Assembly (NCBI GenBank): GCA_040756235.1
Contig: JBFLZG010000126.1
Coordinates: 64,001-128,000 of the forward strand
DNA length: 64,000 nucleotides
Direction: 5' to 3'
Origin: a bacterium
GTDB lineage: Bacteria > Desulfobacterota > DSWW01
The position numbers were made by a program, and so were the translations under genes. Numbering within the stretch: the stretch's first letter is position 1; the number at the start of each line of letters is the position of its first letter. The notes beneath the pieces are model-generated. The model ran no database searches. It saw only the letters and a program-made list of their open reading frames with translations, and was not told the DNA's origin. Of this stretch, positions 44,969-56,065 are shown one piece after another.

Positions 44969-47149
44969 TCATCTCCTTTGACGAAAACGCCGCAAACCTG
45001 CGTACTGCACGCCCAAGTAGGACGCGACGAAGAGAACGAGCAGAGCGCACCGGAAACCGCCGCCTCCTTGCGCCCAGCCCGAAGGTCCGGCGGGCAGCAC
45101 CCGCTCCCAGCAAAGCACGCCGAGCGCGCAGACAGAAAGCGCGAAAAAGACGACCATCCCCCGCGCGCGCTCCCTGGCGACCGCCCATCCGAAACCGGGC
45201 AGGACGGCGTTCCACAGCAGCGTGCTACGCAGCCTCTTGCGCTGGTATTGTGCCATGTACCGGACTTGTCTCTGCCGGTGCTCCTTGGGAATCTGCTCGC
45301 GCTGGTAGAGGACCTGATAGCAGGGATGGCAGATCTCCCGCGAAAGCGTGGCGGGCTGACACCGCGCGCACGAGATGCGGCCGCAGGATACGCACCGGTG
45401 GGCACGGCTCTTCATCCTCCCGGACAGGATGAGCAGGGCGTACAGGAAGCCCGTCCCGGCCGCGAGAAGAGGCATGGCGCGGACCGGAACGCGCGCGCCG
45501 GCCAGAAGCCAGAGATCGTCGGCCACGCGCGCCGTGGGCCGGCCACGGGCCAGCTGCAGCCACAGGGAGAGGCTCCCGGGCTCCTCGTCCATGAAGACTC
45601 GATTGGGCTGGAGCGACTGATTGTAGACGAAGAAGTCGACCCCCCGGGGATCGAGCCTCCTGGCGGCCTGGAACTCCGCGGCGCCTCTCAGGAAGGAGAA
45701 CTCCCGGCGCAGCGCCTGGCTCAGGTTGTAATGCGGTGAAGCCAGGTTGGCTGCGCTGGCGATGGCCTGCTCGTAGGCGTCCTTGGCTTCCTCCAGGCTG
45801 CCCCGGATGGCGAACAGGTTGCCGAGGTTGTTCCACAAGGCCCCGTGGCGCGGATGGACCTCCAGGGCGCGGCGCAAGAAGGCCTCGGCCTCGTCATAGC
45901 GTCCCTGCCGCTTGGCCACGAGCGCCGCCGTCCAGAGAAGGTCCGCGCTGTCGGGCTCCTCCCGCAAGGTTTCGTCCAAGGCGGACTGCGCCGCTGCATT
46001 CCAGTCGCCCTCGAGGCTCGCCTCGAGAGCCTGCACGGCGCCGGGCAGCGGCTGGAGAAAGCGTGTCGTCAGGTTCACGATCCAGGGCGAGAAGGCCCAT
46101 ACCGAAAGGAGGGCGAGGAAAACCATGCGCTCCCAGAGACGGGAGTGGATTCCCAGGGCGAACCCGACCAGGACCACGGCCCAGAAGGGGCCCAGCAGGA
46201 AGAAGGCGGCAACCAGCAACGCTGCTATCAAGGCCCCGACCGGCAGGAAGGCAACCTTCTCCATCCGCAGTCTCTCCCGCAGCGCGTGGGCGCCGACCGC
46301 TCCGTGCCGCATCAGCAGGTAGGGCCCCTGGAGCAGGAACAGCGCATAGAGGCTTGCCACCGCGAGCACGAACAGCTTGGCCGCAGTGCGGAACTGCCAG
46401 TCGAAGTCGAGCATGCGGTCTCGGAACGAAATCACCGCCCAGTAGAGCGACCTCGCGAAGCCTTGCCGCGAGTCCCGCCGGGCAAGGGAGGACAGGAAAA
46501 GAGAGGTCTGGGGGAGCCCGGGGGCCAGATTGCCGGCCGTTTCCCCGAAGAGCCCGGCCGTCGCCGGATCCCCCTCTTCGAGGCAACGATATGCCTCGCG
46601 CAGACAAAGAAGCGCGTAAAGAGGCGCGCACCGGAAGCCGCTGTCGAGCTTGGCTTCGTACAGCCGGTTCAGGGAATCCTGCAATCCCTCCGGGGAGCCG
46701 GACCGCGCGACCGCCCTGGCCTCTTCCCACTTGGGTTGAAGGAGGTCCTGCGGGTACCGATAAAGGACGGGTTTGAAGAGCCATGCGCTCCCCTCGGGTG
46801 CCGGCGCGGCAGCGTACGCCCCCTCTGCGGTGCGGGCGTCAAACGGTACGGGAGCCGATGGGTCGGGGGTCCAAAGGGAGTCCGGCGGGCCGGCTTCGGC
46901 AGCAGGCGCCAGGGTCTGGACGGGCGGGGGCGGGTTCGCGATGGGATCGGAAAAAGCCAGCACAGGCCCAAAAATGAGCGGCAGGAGTACAATCCTCAGC
47001 CTTTTCGCCTTGCCATGGGGCAGCAACGGACGAGGGGCTCCGATCCGAAATGGGGATGCCGAAAGGTGCCGCAGGCGGGTCGATGTTAGCAGGGGCCGCG
47101 AACTTTTGCAAGGCATGCGCTGCGGCGTTTTTCCCTTTGCCCTTGCCAT
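44969..47149 (-). CDS. TPR-containing membrane protein
   Basis: TM block, TPR motifs (LWNNLGNLFA, PHYNLSQ) and CxxC..CxxC..CxxC; true start probably near 47.0 kb. Confidence 0.7.
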   Translation of the reverse strand: MARAKGKTPQRMPCKSSRPLLTSTRLRHLSASPFRIGAPRPLLPHGKAKRLRIVLLPLIFGPVLAFSDPIANPPPPVQTLAPAAEAGPPDSLWTPDPSAPVPFDARTAEGAYAAAPAPEGSAWLFKPVLYRYPQDLLQPKWEEARAVARSGSPEGLQDSLNRLYEAKLDSGFRCAPLYALLCLREAYRCLEEGDPATAGLFGETAGNLAPGLPQTSLFLSSLARRDSRQGFARSLYWAVISFRDRMLDFDWQFRTAAKLFVLAVASLYALFLLQGPYLLMRHGAVGAHALRERLRMEKVAFLPVGALIAALLVAAFFLLGPFWAVVLVGFALGIHSRLWERMVFLALLSVWAFSPWIVNLTTRFLQPLPGAVQALEASLEGDWNAAAQSALDETLREEPDSADLLWTAALVAKRQGRYDEAEAFLRRALEVHPRHGALWNNLGNLFAIRGSLEEAKDAYEQAIASAANLASPHYNLSQALRREFSFLRGAAEFQAARRLDPRGVDFFVYNQSLQPNRVFMDEEPGSLSLWLQLARGRPTARVADDLWLLAGARVPVRAMPLLAAGTGFLYALLILSGRMKSRAHRCVSCGRISCARCQPATLSREICHPCYQVLYQREQIPKEHRQRQVRYMAQYQRKRLRSTLLWNAVLPGFGWAVARERARGMVVFFALSVCALGVLCWERVLPAGPSGWAQGGGGFRCALLVLFVASYLGVQYAGLRRFRQRR

Positions 47150-47234
47150 GGATGCGCGAAACCCTTAATGTTCTTCTTTGTCCCAGGAAGACTGGGAAAA
47201 GCTACCCTGCTGCAGGATCGGAGGTTCTCTTCCC

Positions 47235-48023
47235 ATGGAAAGCAAGAGCGACACCCTATCGTTACGCCCCCTGCAAGATCTGGTCCGGAGGCTCCGGGCG
47301 CCTGGGGGATGTCCCTGGGACCGGGCACAGAGCATGGGGGATCTCAAACAATATCTGCTGGAGGAGTGCTACGAGCTCCTGGAGGCCATGGATGAACCTC
47401 GGAGCGACGAGCTGCTGGAGGAGCTGGGCGATCTGCTGTTCCAGATCGTGTTCGTGGCCGAGCTGGCGGAGGAGGCCGGACGATTCCGCTTCCAGGAGGT
47501 GCTCGAAGGCATTCACGAGAAGATGGTGAGGCGCCATCCCCACGTCTTCGGTGAGAGCGCTGCTGCGGACGTCGACGCCGTGAAGAGGAACTGGTTGCGC
47601 ATCAAGCAGCAGGAGGGCGGCGGCGCCGGGGGGGGCCTGCTGGACAGTATCCCGCACGCCCTGCCGGCGTTGCAGAAAGCTTATCGGATGGGGCAGCGGG
47701 CCGCGCAGGTCGGGTTCGACTGGGAGAGCCCCGCAGCGGTCCTGGAAAAGGTGAAGGAGGAAATCCGGGAGATCGAAGGGGCGCTGCAAGACCGTGATCC
47801 TTCCAAGATCCGGGAAGAGCTGGGAGATGCCTTGTTTGCACTTGCCCAGCTGGCACGCTCCTTGAGGCAGAATCCCGAGGAATCCCTCCAGAAGAGCAAT
47901 CGGAAGTTTCTGTCCCGGTTTCGGCTCCTCGAACAGAGGAGCCGCCGGGAATCCCGCCCCCTGAAGAGCCTCACGGGCGAGGAAATGGACGCGTGGTGGG
48001 AAGCGCTCAAGCGGGAATCTTGA
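47235..48023 (+). CDS. mazG: nucleoside triphosphate pyrophosphohydrolase
   Basis: LRAPGGCPWD, EECYE, EELGDLL, RRHPHVF and GFDW. Confidence 0.95.
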   Translation: MESKSDTLSLRPLQDLVRRLRAPGGCPWDRAQSMGDLKQYLLEECYELLEAMDEPRSDELLEELGDLLFQIVFVAELAEEAGRFRFQEVLEGIHEKMVRRHPHVFGESAAADVDAVKRNWLRIKQQEGGGAGGGLLDSIPHALPALQKAYRMGQRAAQVGFDWESPAAVLEKVKEEIREIEGALQDRDPSKIREELGDALFALAQLARSLRQNPEESLQKSNRKFLSRFRLLEQRSRRESRPLKSLTGEEMDAWWEALKRES

Positions 48024-48026
48024 GAG

Positions 48027-49679
48027 TCAGTCGGGCGATTGCGCTCCCCCCGGGCTCAGCCACCGGCCGAGAGCGCCCTTGGCCGTGCGCAGTTCCTGCA
48101 CCGAGAGAGCGTGGCAAGCCCCGAAATAGCTCGCCCCCCCGACCGTGACCCAGGAGCCCAGAAGCAGGCATTGCCGGAGAAAGGGCTTGCCTTCGATCCC
48201 GCCGGTGAGGGCGGTCGCGCCCCAGAGGATGGCCGCCATGATCAGGCTCGCCAGGAGCATCTTGATACCTGACTCGCGGACCCAGTCGAGCCCCCAGACG
48301 CCGATCCGGCGGCGAAGATAAAAAAAGAGCAGGAAGGCGTTCAGCATCGACGCGATCGAGCTCGCGAGGGCCAGGCCCGCGTGCAGCATGGGGCCCATCA
48401 GCGCCAGGCTGATAGCCACGTTGGCCAGGACGGAGGCGAAGGAGATCTTGACCGGCGTTGCCGTGTCCTGGAACGAATAGAAGCCTGCCGTCAGGATCCG
48501 GGAAACCGCCACGGACCACATCCCCAGGGAGTAATAGAGGAGGGCCGAGGCCGTCTTCGAAGCGGACCCGGGGTCGAATTCGCCTCGTTGAAGGAGAACC
48601 TGAACGATCGGCATCCCCAGCATCATGAGGCCCACCGTGGCCGGCAGGGTGATGAAGGTCACGAGCCTCAGGCTCTCCTCGAGGGTGCGCCGGAAGCGCA
48701 TCGAGTCCCCCCGAGAGCTCTGCCGGCTCAGGGCAGGGAAGGCTGCCGTGGCCAGGGCCATGCCGAAGACCCCCAGCGGGAACTCCAGAAGCCTTCCCGC
48801 GTACCAGAGGTACGAGATGCTGCCCGCGGGGAGAAAAGAGGCGAAAATATTGCTCACCACCACGTTCAGCTGGTAGACCGCGGCCCCGAAAGCGGCTGGC
48901 AGGAAGAGCCTGCCGATGCGGTTGACGGCCGGATCGCTGAGGGAGAGAACCGGTCTGAAGCGGACCTTGCGGCGGACGAGAGGCGGGATCTGTAGGCCGA
49001 GCTGGAGAACACCCCCGGCCAGGACGCCGACCGCGAGCCCGTGCACGGGGGTCGCAAAGCAGCCGTTCAGGAGGCCGGCTCCGGCGATCATGGCGACGTT
49101 AAGCAGGACCGGTGCGGCGGCAGGAGCAGCAAAGTGCCCCCTGGCGTTCAGGACTCCCATGCAGAGGGCGACCAGGGAAATGAAGAAGACATAGGGGAAC
49201 ATGATCCGGTTGAGGGAGACGGCCAGATCGAACCTGCCCGGGTCCGGAAGAAAGCCGGGAGCGAAGACCCGGATCATCCAGGGTGAGAACATCACGCCTG
49301 CCAGGGTGATGAGCGCAAGCAAGAGGGACAGAAGCGTGAAGGTGACCTGGACGATCCGGTCCGCCTCTGCCGGCGTGCGCCTCTCGAGGCAATCGGTGTA
49401 GACCGGCAGAAAGGATGCCGTAAGGGCCCCCTCCGCCACGAGCCGCCTGAGCAGATTCGGGATCCGGAACGCGACGAAAAAGGCGTCGGCCTGCGGCCCG
49501 GAGCCGAAGGCGTACGCGACCACCATGTCGCGCGCCAATCCCAGGATCCGGCTCAGCAGCGTGAAGAAGGCCACGACGCCCGCCGAACGTGCGAGCGTCG
49601 GGCTCTGGGGCATCTGCGGTTCCTCGTGGCCTTCCTGCGGGGGCTTCCGGTTGGCCTTCATCTCCTGCGTTGCGCTCAC
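48027..49679 (-). CDS. murJ: lipid II flippase
   Basis: LSRILGLARD, DAFFVAFRIPNLLRRLVAEGA and RLLEFPLGVF. Confidence 0.95.
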   Translation of the reverse strand: MSATQEMKANRKPPQEGHEEPQMPQSPTLARSAGVVAFFTLLSRILGLARDMVVAYAFGSGPQADAFFVAFRIPNLLRRLVAEGALTASFLPVYTDCLERRTPAEADRIVQVTFTLLSLLLALITLAGVMFSPWMIRVFAPGFLPDPGRFDLAVSLNRIMFPYVFFISLVALCMGVLNARGHFAAPAAAPVLLNVAMIAGAGLLNGCFATPVHGLAVGVLAGGVLQLGLQIPPLVRRKVRFRPVLSLSDPAVNRIGRLFLPAAFGAAVYQLNVVVSNIFASFLPAGSISYLWYAGRLLEFPLGVFGMALATAAFPALSRQSSRGDSMRFRRTLEESLRLVTFITLPATVGLMMLGMPIVQVLLQRGEFDPGSASKTASALLYYSLGMWSVAVSRILTAGFYSFQDTATPVKISFASVLANVAISLALMGPMLHAGLALASSIASMLNAFLLFFYLRRRIGVWGLDWVRESGIKMLLASLIMAAILWGATALTGGIEGKPFLRQCLLLGSWVTVGGASYFGACHALSVQELRTAKGALGRWLSPGGAQSPD

Positions 49680-49910
49680 TGTTGGTCACAGAGGAGAGAG
49701 AAGCGGCGAGGAAACCCCCTCCGCTCTCAGAGGTGGGCTTTCTTGGGGCCGCCGAGCAACATAACAGCGGGGTGGGAGCACGGTCAAGGCGACCGCCCGC
49801 GTTGACCGCCGGCAGGCCGTTCGGTAGCATCCGGTCAAGTCTCCATCCGACCGGCGAGCGGCCGCCGGGCCCGGATCCGCGCTCGACGAAGGGCGCGCCC
49901 TCGGAGGAAC

Positions 49911-50717
49911 ATGAAACCGATATCGGTGCTCATCCTTGCGCGCAACGAGGAGCCCTACATCGAGCGATTCCTGCAGAAGCATGCGTGGGCGGATGAGCTC
50001 GTCGTCGTGGACACCGGCTCTACCGACCGAACGGCCGAGCTTGCCCGCAAACACACGCCGAGCGTATATCGAGTGGAGATGGCCCACGGGTTTGCCTGGG
50101 TGCGCAATTTCGGAACCGAGAGGGCCAGGCACGACTGGATCCTGAAGCTCGACGTGGACGAGGAGATCTCGGAGCCTCTGCACCGGGAAATCTCCGAGGC
50201 CCTTGCCCGAGACGAGGGAATCGACGCCTACTCCGCAGTGGACCGGATCTATTTCAACGGCAAGTGGATCCGGGGGTGCGGCTGGTACCCGCGCCATCAG
50301 ATCCGGCTCTTCGACAGGAGAAAGGGCCGGTGGGAGGGTATCGTACACGAATTTCCGGCCATCCCGGGCCCGGTGAAACGGTTCCGGCACCACGTAGACC
50401 ACTACAGTTACCGCGACATCCCACACTATTTCGAGAAGTTCAACCTGTACACCAGCCTCGATGCCCGGAAGCTCCGGGAGCAGGGCTTTCGACTCGGCGC
50501 TTGGCGTCTTCCGGAGTGCCTGATGGGACGTCCCCTGGCTTTCTTCCTGAAAGCCTACCTGCTCCGGCGGGGCTTTGCGGATGGATTCTACGGGCTGGTG
50601 GTGAGCGCGTTCTCGTCCTTCTACGTCTTTGTAAAGTACGCGAAGCTCTATGAGCTGCAGAAGCTCGAAAGCCGGTCTCCGGCGGCCGGCTTTCCGGCAT
50701 CCCCTCCGCACGCCTGA
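49911..50717 (+). CDS. glycosyltransferase family 2 (KdtX/WaaE-like LPS core)
   Basis: ISVLILARNEE, VVDTGSTDRT, WILKLDVDE, VHE and GFADG. Confidence 0.88.
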   Translation: MKPISVLILARNEEPYIERFLQKHAWADELVVVDTGSTDRTAELARKHTPSVYRVEMAHGFAWVRNFGTERARHDWILKLDVDEEISEPLHREISEALARDEGIDAYSAVDRIYFNGKWIRGCGWYPRHQIRLFDRRKGRWEGIVHEFPAIPGPVKRFRHHVDHYSYRDIPHYFEKFNLYTSLDARKLREQGFRLGAWRLPECLMGRPLAFFLKAYLLRRGFADGFYGLVVSAFSSFYVFVKYAKLYELQKLESRSPAAGFPASPPHA

Positions 50718-50775
50718 GGAGCCGGCACAGAGCCTGCGCCGAACGCACCGGCTCGTCACAGGTGCCCGTTCCGGC

Positions 50776-50803
50776 TTGACTAATTCCTGCGATCCGCTAA
50801 ACT
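50776..50803 (+). promoter_or_regulatory. putative sigma70 promoter of rpsT
   Basis: TTGACT, 16 nt, TAAACT. Confidence 0.5.
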
Positions 50804-50835
50804 GAGAAACCAAACTCAAAGGCTCAGGAGGCGCT

Positions 50836-51126
50836 TTGGCACACCACAAATCAGCGAAGAAGAGAATCCGGCAGAACGAAAAGAGAAGAGTGCGCAATCG
50901 TCAGAACCGTTCCACGCTGCGCACGGCCATCAAGAAGGTCGAGCAATCCATCGAGGACGGAAACGCCGAGCAGGCCGGGACTTCTCTCAAGCAAGCGGTC
51001 CCTCTGCTGGACAAGGCGGTCACCAAGGGCCTGATCCACCGGAACAACGCCTCGAGGCGGATCTCGCGAATCACGCGCAAGGTGCGTTCGCTCTTCACTC
51101 CGGAGAAGTCACCTCCCGCCGCGTAG
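50836..51126 (+). CDS. rpsT: 30S ribosomal protein S20
   Basis: AHHKSAKKRIRQ..KGLIHRNNASR; TTG start after AGGAGG. Confidence 0.96.
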   Translation: MAHHKSAKKRIRQNEKRRVRNRQNRSTLRTAIKKVEQSIEDGNAEQAGTSLKQAVPLLDKAVTKGLIHRNNASRRISRITRKVRSLFTPEKSPPAA

Positions 51127-51208
51127 CTTGGCCCGTAAGCTGCCCTTCATCCACAAAGCGAAGAACAGCGGGTGCCGACTCCTGCGAAGTAGGCGCTGTG
51201 TTCTCCTT

Positions 51209-51532
51209 CGTTATCCCGGCCACAGGTCGCCGAGGCGGCCGCGAGCCGCGATCCCCGGGGTACCGCATTCGCGGGAATAACGCCCTTCACTGGATTCAGG
51301 CCTCCAAGGCTGTGTCTTGTTTCGTCATCCCGGCCCACCTGCGGAGCGCGTGTGAGCCGGGATCCAGCAGAGTGCGCGAAGCGCGGCTGCGATCACGTGG
51401 AGCAGGGACTGGACCCCGGCCTTCGCCGGGGTGACGGAGGGGAACTGGTGCAGCGGCCGGAATCCTGCCCTTGCCCCAGACTCCGATTCGGGGAATGTTC
51501 ACGACCCTGGTCCGGGTCCGCTGGCATGACGG
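51209..51532. repeat. cluster of REP-like palindromes at a convergent junction
   Basis: 45-bp element reversed (51322-51367), GGACCCCGGCCTTCGCCGGGGTGACGG (about 51411-51437) and further CGTCAT/ATGACGG-bounded hairpins. Confidence 0.8.
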
Positions 51533-51559
51533 AAAAGACCTTGGACCGGCGGGGCTTCA

Positions 51560-52621
51560 TCAGCCTCTGCCGCCCCGTCGCCCGAGCGCGAGGGCGATCT
51601 CTGCGCAAACCTCCTCCAGATGAACCTGCGCGGGGATGCGGCTCGACTTCAGCGCCTGGTCCGTCGCCTCCAGAGAGAAGAAAATGCCTCGTATCCTATT
51701 CCAGGCGCAGCGCCTGGCCGCCGCAACGTAGGCATCCTGCTTGAATGAGGGGATCTTCAGGGCAGCGCACACGGCAGAGAGGTTCTCGCGCAACTCCAGG
51801 CACTCCTTGATGCGCCAGATGCTGCGCATCTCCCGGCTGATCCGGGAGAGGGCAATCAACGGGGGGGTCCCCTGGGCGAGCGACTGCTGGAGATGCTTCA
51901 GCGCCTCGCCCCAGCCGCCCTCGAGGAGAGCATCCGCAAGTCGGTAGCTCTCTTCGATTCCGATCGGAGAGAACAGCGCCGAAGCGGGGTGAGCGGGGTC
52001 CGATTCCTCGCTCTGGAAGAAAAGTGCCAGTTTTTCCATCTGACCTTCCAGCTTCTCCAGGTCCGGCCCTACCGACGCCAGGAGATCGTCCGCGAGCTGT
52101 GCCGTAAGATGTCTTTCGATGCCCTTCTCCCGGGCAATCCGCGAGATCCAAGGCTGGAGCTGCGACCGTTTGAGACCGGGGAACCCCAGGCAGCGCCCGG
52201 GGTACCTTTCATGCAGATGCCGAAAGAAGACGCCCTCCGGGAGCTTCTCCCCCGCAGTCAGGACCAGGCAGGTGAAAGGCGGGGGGTCGTCGATGTAGCG
52301 GAGCAGGGACTCGTGTCCCGGGTTTTTCAGTTCTTGCGCCTGGCGCACCAGGATCATCTGCCTCTGCTCGAAGAAAGGCATCGTTTCGGCGAAGGCCACC
52401 AGGTTCGGTGCGTCGATTTCAGGACCGCGGAGCGCGCGGTAGAGGACCGGTTCCAGATCGGGCCGGGGCACGATCTTCTGCTTGAGCGCAAGAACGGCCT
52501 TGCGCACGAAGTATCTCTCCTGGCCGTACAACAGCCAGAAGGGCGAGTCTTCGTCCAGGCTCTTCAGCTTTTCTTCCGCAGAGCCTCGCGGCGGGTCGCT
52601 GGCTGCACGCTCGCGTGCCAT
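51560..52621 (-). CDS. holA: DNA polymerase III subunit delta
   Basis: LLYGQERY, TMPFF..R, EKL..F and DQALKSS; leuS-lptE-holA order. Confidence 0.85.
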   Translation of the reverse strand: MARERAASDPPRGSAEEKLKSLDEDSPFWLLYGQERYFVRKAVLALKQKIVPRPDLEPVLYRALRGPEIDAPNLVAFAETMPFFEQRQMILVRQAQELKNPGHESLLRYIDDPPPFTCLVLTAGEKLPEGVFFRHLHERYPGRCLGFPGLKRSQLQPWISRIAREKGIERHLTAQLADDLLASVGPDLEKLEGQMEKLALFFQSEESDPAHPASALFSPIGIEESYRLADALLEGGWGEALKHLQQSLAQGTPPLIALSRISREMRSIWRIKECLELRENLSAVCAALKIPSFKQDAYVAAARRCAWNRIRGIFFSLEATDQALKSSRIPAQVHLEEVCAEIALALGRRGGRG

Positions 52622-52653
52622 TTTCGGTTCGCGCCGTCGGGTTCGCAAGGGCT

Positions 52654-53187
52654 TCAGAACCCGAAGAGAATTTGATCCACCACCCGATCCGACATCTTCC
52701 TGGATAGTCTGAGCAGCGCTTCTTCCCGATTGTCCCGGAAAAGCAAGGCATCGGAGCTTGCGTAGAAGCGCGTCTCTTCTTCGACCCGGTCCGCACGCCA
52801 GAGCACCTTGCCGTCGCTCTTTCTCTGCAAGGAGAAGGAGACCGCGACGTGTGCCATGTACTCCATGGCAAGGAAGTCTTCATTCACGGCGACCGGCGTC
52901 ACGACGACGGACCGCACCGTACCCCGGAGCACCGCCTCGGCTGCATCCGCAGAGCCGAGCTTGAGGCCCGAGGCGGAGAAACGGTCCCGAAAAGCCTGCG
53001 TCAGGACGTCCTCCAGCCGAGGCTCGAGGGACTCGTTGGCGAACAGAGGCACGCTGACGGTTCGAAGCTCGGCGCAGGCGCCGCTGCCGGTCGCACCCAT
53101 CCGATAGCCGCAGGACAGGAGCCCGGAGGAAAAGGCCGCCCAGAGGAGCAGAGCGCCGAGCCGAGATGGACGATGGAGCTGAGGCAC
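52654..53187 (-). CDS. lptE: LPS assembly lipoprotein LptE
   Basis: Lipobox LLSCGY, VSVPLFANES..E and GKVLW; position after leuS. Confidence 0.82.
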   Translation of the reverse strand: MPQLHRPSRLGALLLWAAFSSGLLSCGYRMGATGSGACAELRTVSVPLFANESLEPRLEDVLTQAFRDRFSASGLKLGSADAAEAVLRGTVRSVVVTPVAVNEDFLAMEYMAHVAVSFSLQRKSDGKVLWRADRVEEETRFYASSDALLFRDNREEALLRLSRKMSDRVVDQILFGF

Positions 53188-53192
53188 GGTCT

Positions 53193-55679
53193 TCAGACCA
53201 CGATGTTCACGAGCCTGCGAGCGACGTGGATCACCCGCCGGGGAGTCTTCCCTGACAGAAACCGCTGGACCTTTTCGTCCTCCAGGGCGACCCCCTCGAT
53301 CTCCCCTTCGGTCGCGGCGGCGGGGACCTCGATCTTCGAGCGGACCTTGCCGTTGATCTGCACCACCAGCGTGACCCGTTCGCGCTCGAGTGCGTCCTCG
53401 CGATAGTCCGGCCAGGGGACCGCCAGCAGAGGCGTCGAGTGGCCGAAGGACTCCCAGAGCTCGTCGGCAATGTGCGGAGCGAAGGGAGACAGGAGGATGA
53501 AGACGGTCTCCATGGCCTTTCTGACGACCCGGCACTCCAGGGGGCGCGCGCCGGCGTCCGGAGCAGCGGTCTGATAGAGAGCGTTGACGAGCTCCATGAT
53601 CGAGCTGACGGCCGTGTTCAGATGCTGCCGCTCCTGAATGTCCCGGGTGACCCGGAAGATCGTTTCATGGACCGTGCGGTAGAGCGACGCGGCCGGCTCC
53701 TCGGACGGAGGCGCCCCCTCGTAGGCTTCCAGCGTGAGAAGGCTTTCGCGCCAGTCCTCGGCCAGTCTCCAGATCCGCTGGAGAAAGCGCGCAGAGCCCT
53801 CCACGCCCAGATCGCTCCAGTCCAGGTCTCTTTCCGGCGGCGCGGCGAACAGGCTGAACAGACGGGTGGTATCGGCGCCGTAGCGCCGCACCATGTCGTC
53901 CGGGTCCACGATATTCCCCTTGGACTTGGACATCTTCGCCCCGTCCTTGATCACCATGCCCTGCGTCAGGAGGTTCTCGAACGGCTCGTCGAACGGCACG
54001 TACCCGAAGTCGCGCAGCACCTTGGTGAAAAAGCGCGAATACAGGAGATGGAGCACAGCGTGCTCGATGCCGCCGATGTACTGATCCACGGGCATCCAGT
54101 AGCGGACCTTCTCGGGGTCGAACAGGCCCTTGTCGTAGTGCGCGGAGGTGTATCGCTCAAAGTACCAGGACGACTCCACGAACGTATCCATGGTGTCGGT
54201 TTCCCGGCGCGCGGGCCCCTGGCACTTCGGGCAGGTCCCGCGGACGAATTCCCTGTGGGCCGCCAGGGGAGACCCCTTCGCCTGGAAGTCCACGTCGTAA
54301 GGGAGGACGACCGGCAGGTCCTTCTCGTCCACCGGCTGGGTGCCGCACCGGTCGCAGTAAAGGATCGGTATGGGCGCCCCCCAGTAACGCTGGCGGGAGA
54401 TGCACCAATCCCGCAGGCGATACTGGACGGCGCCGTCTCCCAGGCCGCGCTCCTCCAGGTGCGCGTTCATCTTCTCGCGGGCGGTTGCGCTCTCGAGACC
54501 GGTGAACGGACCGGAGTCGGCCAGGATGCCGTCTTCCTCGAAAGCCTGCTTCAGGCTCGTGCCGCGCAAGGTCTCCCCGGACCCGGGCTGAATGACCACC
54601 TGGATGGGAAGGCTGTAGCGCTTGGCGAAGTCGAAGTCCCTCTGGTCGTGGGCCGGAACGGCCATGACCGCGCCGGTGCCGTATTCCATGAGGACGAAAT
54701 TGGCGACGAAGACCGGCATGCGCCAGCCGCGCAGAGGGTTCTTGCAGTAGGCGCCGGTAAAGACGCCTTCCTTTTCGTACTCGGCCGATGTCCTCTTCTG
54801 CTTGTCCTGCTGGCGGACCCGCTGGATGAACGCGGCGACCTCCTGCTCCCGGTCCGGTCCCCGGGCGAGCTGGAGCGCCAGCGGGTGTTCGGGCGCCAGG
54901 CTCATGAAGGTGGCCCCGTAGAGCGTGTCCTGACGGGTCGTGAAGACCTCGATGGCCCCCTCCCGGTCGGCCAGCGGAAAGCGGACCCTGGCGCCGGTGC
55001 TCTTCCCGATCCAGTTCCGCTGCATGGTCAGGACCCGTTCGGGCCAGCCGGTCAGGCGGTCGCAGTACTCCAGCAATTCCTCTGCGTACGCGGTGATGCG
55101 GAAGAACCACTGCTCCAGCTCGCGCAGCTCCACGGTCTCGTCGCAGCGCCAGCACCGGCCCCCTTCCACCTGTTCGTTGGCCAGCACGGTCTGGCACCGG
55201 CTGCACCAGTTGACCTCTGATTTCTTCTTGTACGCCAGCCCTTTCTTGTACATCTGAAGGAACAGGGACTGTTCCCAGCGGTAATAGTCGGGGCTGCTGG
55301 TGTTGACTTCCCGCGCCCAGTCGTAGCTGAAACCCATGCGCAGGAGCTGTTCCTTCATGCGGCGGATGTTCTGGCCCGTGTACTCGGCCGGATGCACCCC
55401 GCTCGATATGGCGGCATTCTCCGCCGGCATGCCGAAGGCGTCCCACCCCATCGGGTGGAGCACGTTCCAGCCCTTCATCCTCCGGAACCTGGCAAGGACG
55501 TCGCCGATCGAGTAGTTTCGGACGTGGCCCATGTGGAGGTTGCCGCTCGGATACGGGAACATCTCCAGGAGATAGTACTTCGGCTTGTCCAAAGTTTCGG
55601 CGACCCGAAAAAGGTCCTTTCGGCTCCAGACGGACTGCCACTTGGCTTCGACAGCCTGAGGATCGTATTTGCGGTGCAC
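53193..55679 (-). CDS. leuS: leucine--tRNA ligase
   Basis: [20 protein letters not shown] and [12 protein letters not shown] start at 55679. Confidence 0.97.
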   Translation of the reverse strand: MHRKYDPQAVEAKWQSVWSRKDLFRVAETLDKPKYYLLEMFPYPSGNLHMGHVRNYSIGDVLARFRRMKGWNVLHPMGWDAFGMPAENAAISSGVHPAEYTGQNIRRMKEQLLRMGFSYDWAREVNTSSPDYYRWEQSLFLQMYKKGLAYKKKSEVNWCSRCQTVLANEQVEGGRCWRCDETVELRELEQWFFRITAYAEELLEYCDRLTGWPERVLTMQRNWIGKSTGARVRFPLADREGAIEVFTTRQDTLYGATFMSLAPEHPLALQLARGPDREQEVAAFIQRVRQQDKQKRTSAEYEKEGVFTGAYCKNPLRGWRMPVFVANFVLMEYGTGAVMAVPAHDQRDFDFAKRYSLPIQVVIQPGSGETLRGTSLKQAFEEDGILADSGPFTGLESATAREKMNAHLEERGLGDGAVQYRLRDWCISRQRYWGAPIPILYCDRCGTQPVDEKDLPVVLPYDVDFQAKGSPLAAHREFVRGTCPKCQGPARRETDTMDTFVESSWYFERYTSAHYDKGLFDPEKVRYWMPVDQYIGGIEHAVLHLLYSRFFTKVLRDFGYVPFDEPFENLLTQGMVIKDGAKMSKSKGNIVDPDDMVRRYGADTTRLFSLFAAPPERDLDWSDLGVEGSARFLQRIWRLAEDWRESLLTLEAYEGAPPSEEPAASLYRTVHETIFRVTRDIQERQHLNTAVSSIMELVNALYQTAAPDAGARPLECRVVRKAMETVFILLSPFAPHIADELWESFGHSTPLLAVPWPDYREDALERERVTLVVQINGKVRSKIEVPAAATEGEIEGVALEDEKVQRFLSGKTPRRVIHVARRLVNIVV

Positions 55680-56065
55680 TGCCTTCCCTCGATCGCTCGC
55701 TTGACGGCGCCACCCAAACGGCTGCGCTCGCAGTCGGCGTCCGGCTTCACCAGGGAACGGCACGGCCGATGGGTGGAGAGGCTCCGACTTTTTTAGCACA
55801 GGGGGTGAGGATTCGCAATGAACGCCTCGGGAATGCAGCCGAACGGCGCCGGCTTTGTCTACGCGTCCCTCGATGTGCTAGATTCGTCCCGCAGTCACAT
55901 CCGCCTCCCCAGGGCGGGCGGAAGGCCAGCGACATCCCCGCGATCGTGAGCCGTGGCCGAGAGCCGCGGGTGTTTCAGGACCATCCTGGAGGGTCCCGGT
56001 GTCTCCTGACAGAGAATCCCGGCGGAGCCGGCGCGGAAGATTCCGCACCTGAGCGCTGAGGCCGC

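Noticed and set aside
55680..56065. T-box or tRNA in the leuS upstream region
   Set aside because: No T-box consensus or cloverleaf found; it looks like an ordinary divergent promoter region.
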